A DNA stretch of 64,000 bases, taken from the IMG/VR virus record IMGVR_UViG_3300028887_000080, positions 1-64,000 of that record; one strand, given 5' to 3'. The translations under genes were made by a program, and so were the position numbers. Shown piece after piece: positions 19,348 through 29,434 of the stretch; within the stretch, counting starts at the first letter, position 1; each line of letters begins with the position of its first letter. The DNA is from a virus (lineage: Duplodnaviria > Caudoviricetes). The notes beneath the pieces are model-generated. The model searched no databases and was not told the DNA's origin. It saw only the letters and a list, made by a program, of their open reading frames with translations.

Positions 19348-20074
19348 TTTTTTTACATCGGGCGACATCATCGCCCTGCTCCATTCAGTCCTTTCGCTGA
19401 CTGTGACAATATATCCCGATTCCTATGAAACGGACAGGAAGTTGTTTGAGGTAATCAAACCGAAACTGAAGAAGGGCGGAACACGTTTGAAACGCAAGTT
19501 TTCAGGTGAGGTTTTCAATTTGACCATACGCGAGATGCTCATACTGCTCGATATGAAATACGGGTTCAGGAAATGGATGTCCGATTTTGCGTCGAAGTTT
19601 GATGTGAACGAAGGGATTGAAGCGAACTATGACAGACTTGTCAGGGACTATTCAAGCGTGGAGATAATCATTTTTTACCGCATTTTTCCAAATCTCGCAA
19701 ACATTGGAATCCAAATATACAGCGGAAATGACGAGCGCCCTGAAAGGACGAAAAACGCAACGGTTATGCGTCTTCCTGACGCGGAGATTGACGCCATAGA
19801 GGTTGTTCTCCGTGAGCATTACAGTCAGGAGATTGTTGACATAATCAACAGGTTCTGCATTGCAAACGGAACGTTCCGGAATGACGGGATGTCCCGCTCG
19901 TTCACCACCCTGTGCGACACGGTGAAGGATTTTCACAATGTCCTGCGGGCAATAAGCGAGTGGAGCGGAAACGAGGAATTATTGAAAATCCTCGTGGAAC
20001 CGATAGGGTTCACCGAAATATCGGAAATCAACGACTGTGCCGTCATCATAACAACAGACTACCCAGACCTATGA
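19325..20074 (+). CDS. hypothetical protein
   Basis: long ORF in operon. Confidence 0.65.
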   Translation: MQEVRTNNFFTSGDIIALLHSVLSLTVTIYPDSYETDRKLFEVIKPKLKKGGTRLKRKFSGEVFNLTIREMLILLDMKYGFRKWMSDFASKFDVNEGIEANYDRLVRDYSSVEIIIFYRIFPNLANIGIQIYSGNDERPERTKNATVMRLPDAEIDAIEVVLREHYSQEIVDIINRFCIANGTFRNDGMSRSFTTLCDTVKDFHNVLRAISEWSGNEELLKILVEPIGFTEISEINDCAVIITTDYPDL

Positions 20075-20166
20075 GAAAGCGTAAATTGACACGCGATGAA
20101 ATCATATCGCTGATTATTGCCGCTATGCTGTTTCTGCTCGGTCTGTTCACAAGGATATTCAATTAA
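20071..20166 (+). CDS. 31-aa single-TM peptide
   Basis: MRKRKLTRDEIISLIIAAMLFLLGLFTRIFN, ATGA overlap with upstream stop. Confidence 0.5.
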   Translation: MRKRKLTRDEIISLIIAAMLFLLGLFTRIFN

Positions 20167-20176
20167 ATCAGACAAT

Positions 20177-20491
20177 ATGAAACCTATTGAACTTACAAAT
20201 GAAAATTTCAACGAGGTGATTGAAAACAACCATCTTGTATTGATTGACTTCAATGCTGTGTGGTGCGGTCCCTGCCGCGCGCTCGGCAGTGTAATTGACA
20301 CCATTGCGGAAAACCGCAGCGACCTCGCGGTGTGCAAGTGCGATGTCGACAAAGAAAAGGAACTTGCCGAGCAATTCGGCATCAGGAACATCCCGTTCAT
20401 CGCCTTCATCAAGGACGGTGAACTTGCGGACAGTCTTGTCGGTTTGCAGAATGAGGAAGACCTGAACAAAAAGATTGACGAACTTCTTTAG
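20177..20491 (+). CDS. trxA: thioredoxin
   Basis: WCGPC, GIRNIP. Confidence 0.95.
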   Translation: MKPIELTNENFNEVIENNHLVLIDFNAVWCGPCRALGSVIDTIAENRSDLAVCKCDVDKEKELAEQFGIRNIPFIAFIKDGELADSLVGLQNEEDLNKKIDELL

Positions 20492-20516
20492 TCGCAACCA
20501 TTGTTTTTGCATATTT

Positions 20517-20554
20517 CAGGGGTGCTTGCAATCCGCAGGCGCCCTTGATTTTTT
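20517..20554 (+). terminator. intrinsic terminator
   Basis: TCAGGGGTGCTTGC-AATCC-GCAGGCGCCCTTGA + T-tract. Confidence 0.7.
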
Positions 20555-20568
20555 AATTCATATTTTTT

Positions 20569-20591
20569 CGGAATTATCCCTTTTAGTCTTG
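20569..20591. repeat. 23-bp inverted repeat, left copy
   Basis: CGGAATTATCCCTTTTAGTCTTG, perfect reverse complement of 21579-21601. Confidence 0.9.
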
Positions 20592-20610
20592 TAGAACAAT
20601 ATAACTATAT

Positions 20611-21507
20611 TTATTTTTGAGTGTGTGGTGGTTTGTTCGGAAACTTTTTTGACAAAAGAGTTATCACATCAACCACAAGTGGTTCATATTTCTGTATTGC
20701 TCTAACACATTCGGATACCGTGGAACCTGATGCCATTACATCATCAAGAACAAGCACACGCTTATCCTTGAACATCTCTAATGCTTCCGAAATTGTATAT
20801 TTATTTGTAAGCGACACTATACCATTTATATATTTCATATATTTCTTATCCATTTTTCCAGACTCAAAAAATTCTCCCATATTTACAACCGATTGATATA
20901 TCTCCCTATATATTTTATCTCGTAAATAATCGGAGTTTTCTTTTGCAATCTTATCATAGTCAATTCCAAAATCTAAAATATATTCTGTTTTTGTCTTGCA
21001 AAAATAATCATTAACCGTATTTTTTGCATTAACTCGTTTTGATATAATTTTCATAAATCGCTCGTTGATTCCGCTATGTGTTGGACACATAACAATAATG
21101 TCGTACTCAACATTTAATGAATTACACGCAGAAAGGAATTTCTTTACATATTTGATTATATCAGAATCACTAATATCAAACGACCATCCATATTTTTTCT
21201 TTAACGCATAAGTAAATGGGTTTCCATCTACATTTTTTCCTCTCTCGTTCATAAGAAAAGTTCTTTTTAATATGGAATAAACCTTTAGATTCCCATATTT
21301 ATATACAAGATGTTCGTTCTCAAGAAAAACTACGCCATCATTGCTATCATTTAACTTGACCGTGCGTTTCTTTTCATCAAAGACAATGCCTTCTGCAATA
21401 TAATTATCTAATGATGGATGTAAAGTAACGCCATTACATTTTTCGTTTAGTTTCTCCCACACTCCTTGATTTTGTGCAAGTTCTTCCGTTTTTTTAATAT
21501 GTGCCAT
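20611..21507 (-). CDS. phosphoribosyltransferase-fold protein
   Basis: PRPP loop VLVLDDVMASGSTV; AT-rich, opposite strand. Confidence 0.75.
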   Translation of the reverse strand: MAHIKKTEELAQNQGVWEKLNEKCNGVTLHPSLDNYIAEGIVFDEKKRTVKLNDSNDGVVFLENEHLVYKYGNLKVYSILKRTFLMNERGKNVDGNPFTYALKKKYGWSFDISDSDIIKYVKKFLSACNSLNVEYDIIVMCPTHSGINERFMKIISKRVNAKNTVNDYFCKTKTEYILDFGIDYDKIAKENSDYLRDKIYREIYQSVVNMGEFFESGKMDKKYMKYINGIVSLTNKYTISEALEMFKDKRVLVLDDVMASGSTVSECVRAIQKYEPLVVDVITLLSKKFPNKPPHTQK

Positions 21508-21578
21508 AGTTATAATGTGTTTACTCTATTTATAATATCTAATTGAATATAATAAAAATTTCACAAAATACAAAATCG

Positions 21579-21601
21579 CAAGACTAAAAGGGATAATTCC
21601 G
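21579..21601. repeat. 23-bp inverted repeat, right copy
   Basis: CAAGACTAAAAGGGATAATTCCG; partial third copy AAAGGGGATAATTCC at 22062-22076. Confidence 0.9.
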
Positions 21602-21636
21602 TATTTTTTTTTATTATATTCAATAAAAGGACATTT

Positions 21637-22032
21637 ATGCGCATCAGCGACAGCGGGATTTTGAAAAGGAAAGACATCGGTTTTTACACCACGCACATAG
21701 ACAACGGCAATTTTGGGAAAACCTGCATTGTCGACGCAGTTGTATTCGCAAGGCAAGCGGACAATGTTACGGAAGAACGGTGCAGGGTGTGCATATTCTG
21801 CGCGGAAACCCCTGAAATGATGTCCGATGAAATGGGGCGCATATTCAAATTCGACTGTGCCTCCGATGCGAGCAACGGCATTCCCGCGATGTGGGCATAC
21901 GCAAATGAAATGGTTGAAATGGAAATCTACCTCACCAAATTCGTGTTCGGGGATTTTTGCAAGAACTTCACGGGCATTGAGGTTTCCATCGACAAAATCT
22001 CTTTCGTGGACAGAAGCGAAATCAGGTATTAG
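21637..22032 (+). CDS. hypothetical protein
   Basis: ORF behind promoter motif at 21604. Confidence 0.65.
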   Translation: MRISDSGILKRKDIGFYTTHIDNGNFGKTCIVDAVVFARQADNVTEERCRVCIFCAETPEMMSDEMGRIFKFDCASDASNGIPAMWAYANEMVEMEIYLTKFVFGDFCKNFTGIEVSIDKISFVDRSEIRY

Positions 22033-22084
22033 ATTGCCTTCCGCATTTTGGTTGTGAAACCAAAGGGGATAATTCCTTTATGTA

Positions 22085-22657
22085 TTATTTCAGTTTTATA
22101 TTTTTCGTGATTGACACCAATGATTTGAGTTCGTTTTTCTGCACATCGTCGAGCGATTGGATGACGCTCCCGTAAGTCCCCCAGAACGCGAACGCTATCT
22201 CGTCGGCATTGAGTATGTATCCGTACAGGTGTTCGTCCAATGCGAACATCTGTATCTCAAGTTTTCCTTCATTGAGTATTGTTCCCGCCCATTCGGAGGC
22301 GTATTGTGTTTTGTCTATAAGTATGTTGCAGGTGTTCAGAAACAGTATGTCCGTCCTGTTCGACGACACAATCACGAAGAACAATGTGTTGTCGCTCGAT
22401 GTGTCTTTCACTATGACAGGACATACAGACATTTTCGCGAAGGTGTCTATCTGCATAGACTCGCAGGTATAGTTCGGGTACCCGTCCATATCAATGGCGT
22501 CCTTGATTATGTATGGCGGCATTGTGTCGGCAGGCGTTGCCTGTGTATGTGATGTTGTATCTATGTTTGTGTTGCCCCCGTTGCAGTCCTTGCATTTCGG
22601 GCAGGAACAAAGCAGGAATGTTGTTGCGATGATGATTGCGGAAAGGATTGTTTTCAT
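22085..22657 (-). CDS. lipoprotein
   Basis: MKTILSAIIIATTFLLCSC type II signal; TATAAATA upstream (22676-22683). Confidence 0.7.
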   Translation of the reverse strand: MKTILSAIIIATTFLLCSCPKCKDCNGGNTNIDTTSHTQATPADTMPPYIIKDAIDMDGYPNYTCESMQIDTFAKMSVCPVIVKDTSSDNTLFFVIVSSNRTDILFLNTCNILIDKTQYASEWAGTILNEGKLEIQMFALDEHLYGYILNADEIAFAFWGTYGSVIQSLDDVQKNELKSLVSITKNIKLK

Positions 22658-22766
22658 AGTTTGGTTGTTTTGAGATATTTATATGCAGCGATATATCAAT
22701 GATATATCGACTTTGGTGTCGTATAAATATAGTGTGATTCTATTGTTTAACCAAAATCCAAAAACT

Positions 22767-23816
22767 ATGATTTTTACACCATTGAACGAAGTGAAGGACA
22801 TCAAGGATGTTGTCTTTCTTGCTGGACCCTGCCCGCGCGCAGGTCAGGATTGGGAGGATTGGCGTTCCGAAATTTGCGAAAAACTCGGTTCCGCAGGTTT
22901 CAGGGGCGACATCATCAATCCGACAAATCCAAACTATGATACAGAAGACCCCGACTATTACAACAAGCAATGCACTTGGGAGACAGTCGGTCTGCACACA
23001 GCGTCCTGCATTGTCTTTTGGGTTGACCGCAACGACGAGCATCCCGCTCTCACGACCAATATCGAGTTCGGCATTTGGAGCGACCGCGCACCGAAGTCCC
23101 TTGTTGTCGGAATCCCTGAAGGAAGCGAGCATTGCGGTTACATAAAATGGGTGTGCGAGAAAAAGGGAATCGCCTGTTTCGACACGATGGACAAGGTCGT
23201 GGACGAGGTCGTCCGCAGGTTTTCGCCGAAGAACGGTCAGCGACTTTATTTCACGTCCGACACGCATTTCGGTTCCGACAGACATCTCGAATTGAGCAAA
23301 CGACCGTTCAGGGACGTGGGCGATATGGACTTGACATTCATCTCGAATTGGAACAAGACGGTGACGTCGAATGACATTGTGTTCCATCTCGGAGATTTCG
23401 GGGATTTGTCGGTTCTCGGAAAACTGAACTTCAAAAAGATGTTCCTGTTGAAGGGGAACTACGAACACGACATCAAGGACTTTGTTGTGTCCGACCCAAG
23501 AGTTGTCGTTTGCGACAACAACGACAGTGTTATGAAGTTTGTCCTTGACGGGGAGGAGATACCCTGTGTCCACGAACCGTTGTTCGACAGGAACAGCAAG
23601 TTGGGGGACTATTTTATGAAAACCTCGAACAAGTTTTTCCTTTACGGGCACATCCACGAAAAGGGACTTGTGAAGCACAACGGACTCAATGTCGGAATAG
23701 ACGCGCACAATTATACGCCGATAGGTGTGGACACAATCCGCTTTTACAAAAATGCCATACAGGTTCACTATGACGGAAACGTGTTCTGCGACAGCGTCGG
23801 TCTCGTCGTGAAATAA
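22767..23816 (+). CDS. nucleoside 2-deoxyribosyltransferase-like + calcineurin-like metallophosphoesterase fusion
   Basis: VFLAGP..WR..INP..WE..TTNIEFG then FTSDTHF, HLGDF, KGNYE, HEP, LYGHIH, NVGID. Confidence 0.85.
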   Translation: MIFTPLNEVKDIKDVVFLAGPCPRAGQDWEDWRSEICEKLGSAGFRGDIINPTNPNYDTEDPDYYNKQCTWETVGLHTASCIVFWVDRNDEHPALTTNIEFGIWSDRAPKSLVVGIPEGSEHCGYIKWVCEKKGIACFDTMDKVVDEVVRRFSPKNGQRLYFTSDTHFGSDRHLELSKRPFRDVGDMDLTFISNWNKTVTSNDIVFHLGDFGDLSVLGKLNFKKMFLLKGNYEHDIKDFVVSDPRVVVCDNNDSVMKFVLDGEEIPCVHEPLFDRNSKLGDYFMKTSNKFFLYGHIHEKGLVKHNGLNVGIDAHNYTPIGVDTIRFYKNAIQVHYDGNVFCDSVGLVVK

Positions 23817-23897
23817 TTTTTCGGCGGTTTATAAAAAAACGTCTGTTTTTTATTATATTAAATTTGATAGATTTTTGTTGTCCATAACACATATATT

Positions 23898-24404
23898 ATG
23901 CGATACGAAGTTGAAGTTTTGAAATACAATCAAATATGGTGCAGGTTTGACGGCAAGTGTTGGGGTGAATGCAAGTCCGAATACTCGGATTGGAGCGGAT
24001 TTTGTTCAGAAAAGGAAAACTCGCTTTCTCGTTTCGACACGGAATGCTCGTTGGTCATAGGAGTTGGAGAGTATTACCAAAACGCCTGTTATGAAATGAC
24101 GGTTGCACCGATTTCCGTTTCTGTCAAATTTCACAGGTTCCCAGACGACTATGAGATTGAGGTCTTGAACAGTTGCTCTGTTTCGTTTTTACAAGGTGAC
24201 AGGTATTCGTTTGAGACGATGTGCGTTCCCGCCAATGAGAATGAAATGCTCGGTTGGGTTCGGAAAACGCTTGACAGCAGGTATGTCACGCAGTACATAA
24301 ACGATGAGGTTCTCTATCGACTCGGTATTGATGACGACGGGAAACTCGCTTCCGAAATAGCGGACTCGATTGCGCATAAGGTTGTGCTTGAAATTTTTCA
24401 CTAA
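23898..24404 (+). CDS. hypothetical protein
   Basis: ORF behind promoter motif at 23846. Confidence 0.65.
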   Translation: MRYEVEVLKYNQIWCRFDGKCWGECKSEYSDWSGFCSEKENSLSRFDTECSLVIGVGEYYQNACYEMTVAPISVSVKFHRFPDDYEIEVLNSCSVSFLQGDRYSFETMCVPANENEMLGWVRKTLDSRYVTQYINDEVLYRLGIDDDGKLASEIADSIAHKVVLEIFH

Positions 24405-24413
24405 ACTTGGCAA

Positions 24414-24887
24414 ATGATGAGAATTGTTATAACTGGTCCGGCGGCAAGCGGAAAGGACGTGCTTCGCAGAAGATTTGTCGAACGAGGTTTTGTATATGCG
24501 AAACCCTATACAACAAGACCCGTCAGGGATGGTGAAAGTTCCGACGACTACACATTTGTGACAGAAAATGAGTTCGCGGCGATGTGCTCGTTCCCACTGT
24601 TTGCCGTCAGCGCCTGCTACAACGGGTGGATGTATGGTATAACGATGAGCGACTACATAGGTTCGACTGTGGCGGTGCTCACCCCTGAATACATAGAAAT
24701 GCTTGACCGTGTTGGATTGATGAAGGACTGCTTCACAATCCTGCTTATGCCTGACGAAAACATAAGGAGAAAAAGACTTCTGCAAAGGAATGACGCCGAT
24801 GACGTTGAACGCAGGTTGCTTGCCGACAGAAAGCAGTTCGAGAGGTTCGAGTGTTATGATATGGTCATCACAAATCCTTATTTTTAA
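24414..24887 (+). CDS. guanylate kinase-like nucleotide kinase
   Basis: GPAASGKD, YTTRPVRDGE..DYTFV, NGWMYG. Confidence 0.85.
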   Translation: MMRIVITGPAASGKDVLRRRFVERGFVYAKPYTTRPVRDGESSDDYTFVTENEFAAMCSFPLFAVSACYNGWMYGITMSDYIGSTVAVLTPEYIEMLDRVGLMKDCFTILLMPDENIRRKRLLQRNDADDVERRLLADRKQFERFECYDMVITNPYF

Positions 24888-24898
24888 TACTATCAACA

Positions 24899-25585
24899 AT
24901 GGCAAAGAAAAAACAAAAGGAAGAAAAGACAAGGATATTCGTCACATCCGACCTTTGGTTGGGGAGACACAATATAATTGACATATACAAAAGACCGTTC
25001 AGTTCGCTTTCTGATATGAACAATACAATCATTGAGAGGTGGAACACGACTGTCGGGGAGAATGACATAGTGTTCATTCTCGGAAATTTCGTATATGACG
25101 GGACAAGGGCGCAGAACCTGATAAGCGAACTTCGCGGGTTCAAAATACTTATGGCGACGGAAAACGACAAACGCACCTTGCAGATTGACCCGAAGGTCAT
25201 AGAGGAACTTATGACAGGTGCCGATGAAATCTACAATGAAGATTCTATGGTTCTGTACGAGCATTTCGGATTGGTTCCCGACAATGACGCTTTTGAGAAA
25301 ATAAAGGAAGTTTCAACCGAAGATTCTCCTGAATTTATGATGCTTCGGACAGGCATATTCGAGATTTCCCAATACGGTGTTGTTCTTTCCACCTATGCGC
25401 TTCAGGATTGGAACGGGAAGGACAAGGGTTCCATAAACATACACGGAGGTATGCTTGAGACGCCAGCCGACATTTCAGACGAAACCCGTGTGAGCGCACG
25501 CTGCGATTTTTGGGACTTCACGCCTGTGAATCTCCACGACCTTAAAAAAATAATTGATATGAAAAGAAACGGAGGTATGTTATGA
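24899..25585 (+). CDS. degenerate metallophosphoesterase paralog
   Basis: FVTSDLW, WNTTV..NDIVFILGNF, TENDK, NIHGG: fold kept, metal ligands substituted. Confidence 0.65.
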   Translation: MAKKKQKEEKTRIFVTSDLWLGRHNIIDIYKRPFSSLSDMNNTIIERWNTTVGENDIVFILGNFVYDGTRAQNLISELRGFKILMATENDKRTLQIDPKVIEELMTGADEIYNEDSMVLYEHFGLVPDNDAFEKIKEVSTEDSPEFMMLRTGIFEISQYGVVLSTYALQDWNGKDKGSINIHGGMLETPADISDETRVSARCDFWDFTPVNLHDLKKIIDMKRNGGML

Positions 25586-26025
25586 TAGGGAAAATGTTCA
25601 GGGAATGGAAAGTGTGGCGCACAGTAAGACGCGTTGCAAAGTCAAACAGGGAAGCGATACACAAGGCGGGGTTTGACGTCGATTGGATTGGACGTATGTA
25701 TGCCATTGTGAACATCCCCGATGAAATTATGGAACTGCCTGTCCGAAACAGGGAGGACGCGGAAAAGCAGCAGATTGCCGTCGATATGTACATCAAGGAG
25801 ACTATGGGGCAGATAACCTCGATTCTTATGGAACTCCGCATTGCCGACCTCGTCGTGTACCCGTCGCAATACGAGAGGTTTGAAGGCACCAACTCTATGC
25901 TCGTCATCCTCGCGCCTGAACGCTACTACACAAAGACTTGGAAGGTCGTGTTTATGTCGCTGCTTATGGGAGGTCTTTTGACTGGACTTGGTTTTTTGGT
26001 TTCTTACCTTTTAAGGACAATTTAG
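25582..26025 (+). CDS. membrane-anchored hypothetical protein
   Basis: C-terminal TM helix. Confidence 0.65.
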   Translation: MIGKMFREWKVWRTVRRVAKSNREAIHKAGFDVDWIGRMYAIVNIPDEIMELPVRNREDAEKQQIAVDMYIKETMGQITSILMELRIADLVVYPSQYERFEGTNSMLVILAPERYYTKTWKVVFMSLLMGGLLTGLGFLVSYLLRTI

Positions 26026-26027
26026 TT

Positions 26028-26846
26028 ATGGCAACGAAAGAGAGTTTGAGCATCACCGAGTCAATCGGAGGCAGAAGATATTACAACATAGACGAAAACG
26101 GCGTACTTCATAAACTGCCGAGCGTCACAACCATTCTTTCCGCTATGACAGACCAAAGCGGTCTTGAGGCGTGGAGAAACAGGGTAGGTCACGAGGAGGC
26201 GGACAGGATAACCACGTTCAGTGCCAACAGGGGAACGTGTATGCACCAAAAACTTGAGTATTGGTTCACATCGGACATCGTCGACAAACAGGCAAGGTTG
26301 ATTGACGTGAACCGAAAGATGGATGTGTTTGTGAAGGAGAACGGTTACACCGCCGAAGAACTCGCCTGCGGAAACAAACTGTTCAACAGTCTTTATGTGT
26401 GCGGTTTTTTTGAAAGGGTGAAGTCGATAATCGAAATGGAGGATACCCTGTATTCAATGGCATACGGAGGGTATGCGGGACGCGTTGACTGCGTGTATGA
26501 GAATCAGGACGGACTTCCAGTGCTGCTCGACTTCAAGACCGCGCGGCACAAGAAACGCCCTGAATACATCACCAACTACTATATGCAGTTGAGCGCGTAC
26601 TATCTTGCCTATTACCAAATGTTCGGCGTGAAACTCGACCACGCGGAACTTTGGATTGCGGTGGAGAACGATGTCCCGCAACTCGTGTATGTCACATACG
26701 AGGAACTGAAAAGTTGGTTGAACCATTTTCTCAAACTCGTCGACGGATACCACAAAAAATACGACTGTGTGCTTGAGGAGCATTTGAAGTCGCTTCAAGT
26801 TCCTGTTATTCAGAACCTCAAGGACGTCGTTGCAAGAAAATTATAA
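26028..26846 (+). CDS. PD-(D/E)xK exonuclease (lambda-exo/Cas4-like superfamily)
   Basis: PSVTTIL, RGTCMH, YAGRVDCV, LDFKT, QLSAY. Confidence 0.88.
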   Translation: MATKESLSITESIGGRRYYNIDENGVLHKLPSVTTILSAMTDQSGLEAWRNRVGHEEADRITTFSANRGTCMHQKLEYWFTSDIVDKQARLIDVNRKMDVFVKENGYTAEELACGNKLFNSLYVCGFFERVKSIIEMEDTLYSMAYGGYAGRVDCVYENQDGLPVLLDFKTARHKKRPEYITNYYMQLSAYYLAYYQMFGVKLDHAELWIAVENDVPQLVYVTYEELKSWLNHFLKLVDGYHKKYDCVLEEHLKSLQVPVIQNLKDVVARKL

Positions 26847-26880
26847 ATATATCAATGATATATCTACAATAAAAATCACT

Positions 26881-27546
26881 ATGATAGCATTACCGATTAT
26901 TTCAATAGCATTGTGCTTCGCCTACATCATATACATTCTTTTCAAATATGGTGTGCCCACGTCGATTTCCGAAACCTATTACCTTCTGCCGAACAAATGG
27001 GATTGGATGTTCTCCGCTTGGTGTGTTCTCACTTCGGTTCCATTCGGTTTTTGGTGGTACACAATCTCTCCGAAATCCCTCTGTTGGATTCCGATTGTGA
27101 TTGTTCTCGGTATGACGATGATAGGCGTCAGTTGCCGCTACAAGTCTGGACCGAAAAAGGACGACAACTATGTGCCGAACCTTGCGATGGACGACCTCCT
27201 GAAGGAAAAGAAAGCGGTCAAGAAATCATTCAAGGACTTCATCAAGGAACTTATTGAAAAATTCAAACCCGCCAACTTCCTGAAGTATGGATGGGCGCGT
27301 CCGATTCACTATATCAGTTCGCTTGTCGTGATAACGCTTGCAACCGTGTATGTCTGCATTATGACACCCATCGCCATAGCATACGTCGTGCTTGCCTATC
27401 TTATGTTCATACTTATCGGAATGAACGTCCCTGCGGTTTACAACAAGGACTATTCCGTGGACGTCGATAACAAGGCGTGGATATTCTTTATGGAGGTGGT
27501 TTGCTTCCTGCAACTTTTCATCTTCGTGTGGATTAGCATCATCTAA
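26881..27546 (+). CDS. multi-pass membrane protein
   Basis: ~6 hydrophobic segments; GVPTSISETYY. Confidence 0.75.
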   Translation: MIALPIISIALCFAYIIYILFKYGVPTSISETYYLLPNKWDWMFSAWCVLTSVPFGFWWYTISPKSLCWIPIVIVLGMTMIGVSCRYKSGPKKDDNYVPNLAMDDLLKEKKAVKKSFKDFIKELIEKFKPANFLKYGWARPIHYISSLVVITLATVYVCIMTPIAIAYVVLAYLMFILIGMNVPAVYNKDYSVDVDNKAWIFFMEVVCFLQLFIFVWISII

Positions 27547-27572
27547 ATTCCACAGGTTCAAATTTCCGTGCT

Positions 27573-28109
27573 ATGAGAATAACGGACACAAAAATTTTGA
27601 ACAGGAAGTTCAGGGACGAAGGAAGAAGTTGGTTCGACACAGGTGTTACGGCGATTAGCGGAAACTTTCCGTATTTGCACATCAGGTTCCTATATGGATA
27701 CGGAGAAAATATCCAACCACGTCCTGTAATCGGGTTTGACTTCAATTTCAATGAAGATGATATGTCGCCTGAATGTGTCGATGTCATCGAAAAGATGAAC
27801 GCTTGCAAAAACCTTCGAGGTTATTCGTCATCCGCAGGTTATCATTCATACGACATTACCTTTCTCGAAAACGGTTTGAAACCCGTGTCAAAGGATGAAC
27901 GCAGCAAAATGGGGTATCTTTTGGAGTCCATATATGCACTCGCGGAGAAATTCGATTCTTTCAACAAACTTGAAAACCCGAAAGTTATTGACATCACAAT
28001 GTATTCATCTCGCGACACCATTGGAAACATTCTGAAATCGCACCATTATTCCAATATGTTCAAGAACTGCGTCGGATTGACGTCCGCCCCCGATTTCCGC
28101 ATACAATAA
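27573..28109 (+). CDS. hypothetical protein
   Basis: ORF in operon. Confidence 0.65.
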   Translation: MRITDTKILNRKFRDEGRSWFDTGVTAISGNFPYLHIRFLYGYGENIQPRPVIGFDFNFNEDDMSPECVDVIEKMNACKNLRGYSSSAGYHSYDITFLENGLKPVSKDERSKMGYLLESIYALAEKFDSFNKLENPKVIDITMYSSRDTIGNILKSHHYSNMFKNCVGLTSAPDFRIQ

Positions 28110-28117
28110 CAAGTGCA

Positions 28118-28516
28118 ATGAAACGAAAACCGATTCCGAAAAAGACGAGGGAACTTGTGTGGCACAAATATGGGTGCAAGTGCGCATACTGCGGTTGTGA
28201 CCTTGAATACAAGGAGATGCAGGTTGACCACAAGTACAGCGTGGCGTACAACCGTTGGGGCGTCAAGTCGAACGAACGCGTCGATGAAAGCAATGGCATC
28301 GACGACATTTCCAACCTTATGCCGTCCTGCCGTATGTGCAATTATTACAAGTCTGTCTCGGACATCGAGCGGTTCAGGAAGAAACTCCTGAAAACGCTGT
28401 CGGAAACTTCGGTCGCGTCGTTTCAGACAAGACTTGCAATCAAGTACGGAATGGTTGTCGTGCAGGAATGGAACGGTAAGTTTTGGTTTGAAAAATACGA
28501 GGAGGAAGAGCAATGA
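28118..28516 (+). CDS. HNH endonuclease
   Basis: CAYCG..MQVDH..NLMPSCRMCNYYK. Confidence 0.9.
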   Translation: MKRKPIPKKTRELVWHKYGCKCAYCGCDLEYKEMQVDHKYSVAYNRWGVKSNERVDESNGIDDISNLMPSCRMCNYYKSVSDIERFRKKLLKTLSETSVASFQTRLAIKYGMVVVQEWNGKFWFEKYEEEEQ

Positions 28517-29355
28517 TTTCGGTGATAATGCCAACGCACAGGAAACCGCCTATGCTGCGACTTACTTTGTTGAGCGTGCTTTCACAGGACTATGACGATT
28601 TTGAACTTATAGTTGTGGACGCGAGTAATGACGGATATTTCAAGGATGAGTTCGAGCGTCTTATGAAAGACGACCACCTTCTTGTTTGGTACAGTCACAA
28701 AAAGAAAAACGTGAAGATACTCCGACCTGAAGAAAATTGTCAGTTGCCGGGCGCTATGAAAATGTACGGATTCAGAAATTCGGTTCAGGACAACGGGTTC
28801 TGCATATTTCTCGACCACGACGATTTCCTTTGGGGCAATACGCTTAAAAACATACATAATGCTGTCTCCGCTTACCCCGACTGCGATATGGCAGGGATGG
28901 ACTATACGAGTATGGTGTATATCGACGGAAATGTGTTCACAAACAAAAAAACCTATGTCGGCGGCGAGGTGTGCGGTTCGACCGATACCATTTACATTGA
29001 CAGGTTTTATTTCAAGTTCAGCGGTCAGCAGGACATTTACAGGAACAAACATCCGTATAAAAGTCCTATGCACCCGAAGATAATATCGAAACGCGCGTTG
29101 CGTGACAACAGGTTCTCTTTTGTAGAGGATACCGAGACAATGGACGATTGCGCATTCGCGATTATGTCGCACGCATTGAAAGAGGTTTACATCTATGCGG
29201 TAGGGTATGTGTATGTCGGGTATTACAATTCAAACAGCACGAGCGGGAGAAAGGTGAGCGAACGCGCAAAGAAAATAATGGACGACTCGAACATATACGA
29301 TTCTATGCTCTCCGAAATGGGTTATGTAAAGCACAGGGACGTTTATGTCCCCTAA
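28513..29355 (+). CDS. glycosyltransferase family 2
   Basis: ISVIMPT, SVLSQDYDDFELIVVDAS, FLDHDD. Confidence 0.88.
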   Translation: MISVIMPTHRKPPMLRLTLLSVLSQDYDDFELIVVDASNDGYFKDEFERLMKDDHLLVWYSHKKKNVKILRPEENCQLPGAMKMYGFRNSVQDNGFCIFLDHDDFLWGNTLKNIHNAVSAYPDCDMAGMDYTSMVYIDGNVFTNKKTYVGGEVCGSTDTIYIDRFYFKFSGQQDIYRNKHPYKSPMHPKIISKRALRDNRFSFVEDTETMDDCAFAIMSHALKEVYIYAVGYVYVGYYNSNSTSGRKVSERAKKIMDDSNIYDSMLSEMGYVKHRDVYVP

Positions 29356-29434
29356 AACCTGAAACACACATTTTGTTTGCCATATAAATATATCAACAGC
29401 AGAATATGCTGCCTATAGAATATATTTAAGCATT

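Noticed and set aside
20895-20913. Additional GATATATC double site in the PRTase gene (also half-site at 29387)
   Set aside because: Only one half-site matches; the second half is out of register.
10088-23768. Long antisense ORFs (10088-11158, 22740-23768; also 2159-3214)
   Set aside because: Antisense to well-supported genes; explained by codon bias.
26028-26846. Cas4 / CRISPR adaptation gene
   Set aside because: Lacks the four-Cys Fe-S pattern; it matches the common phage PD-(D/E)xK exonuclease.
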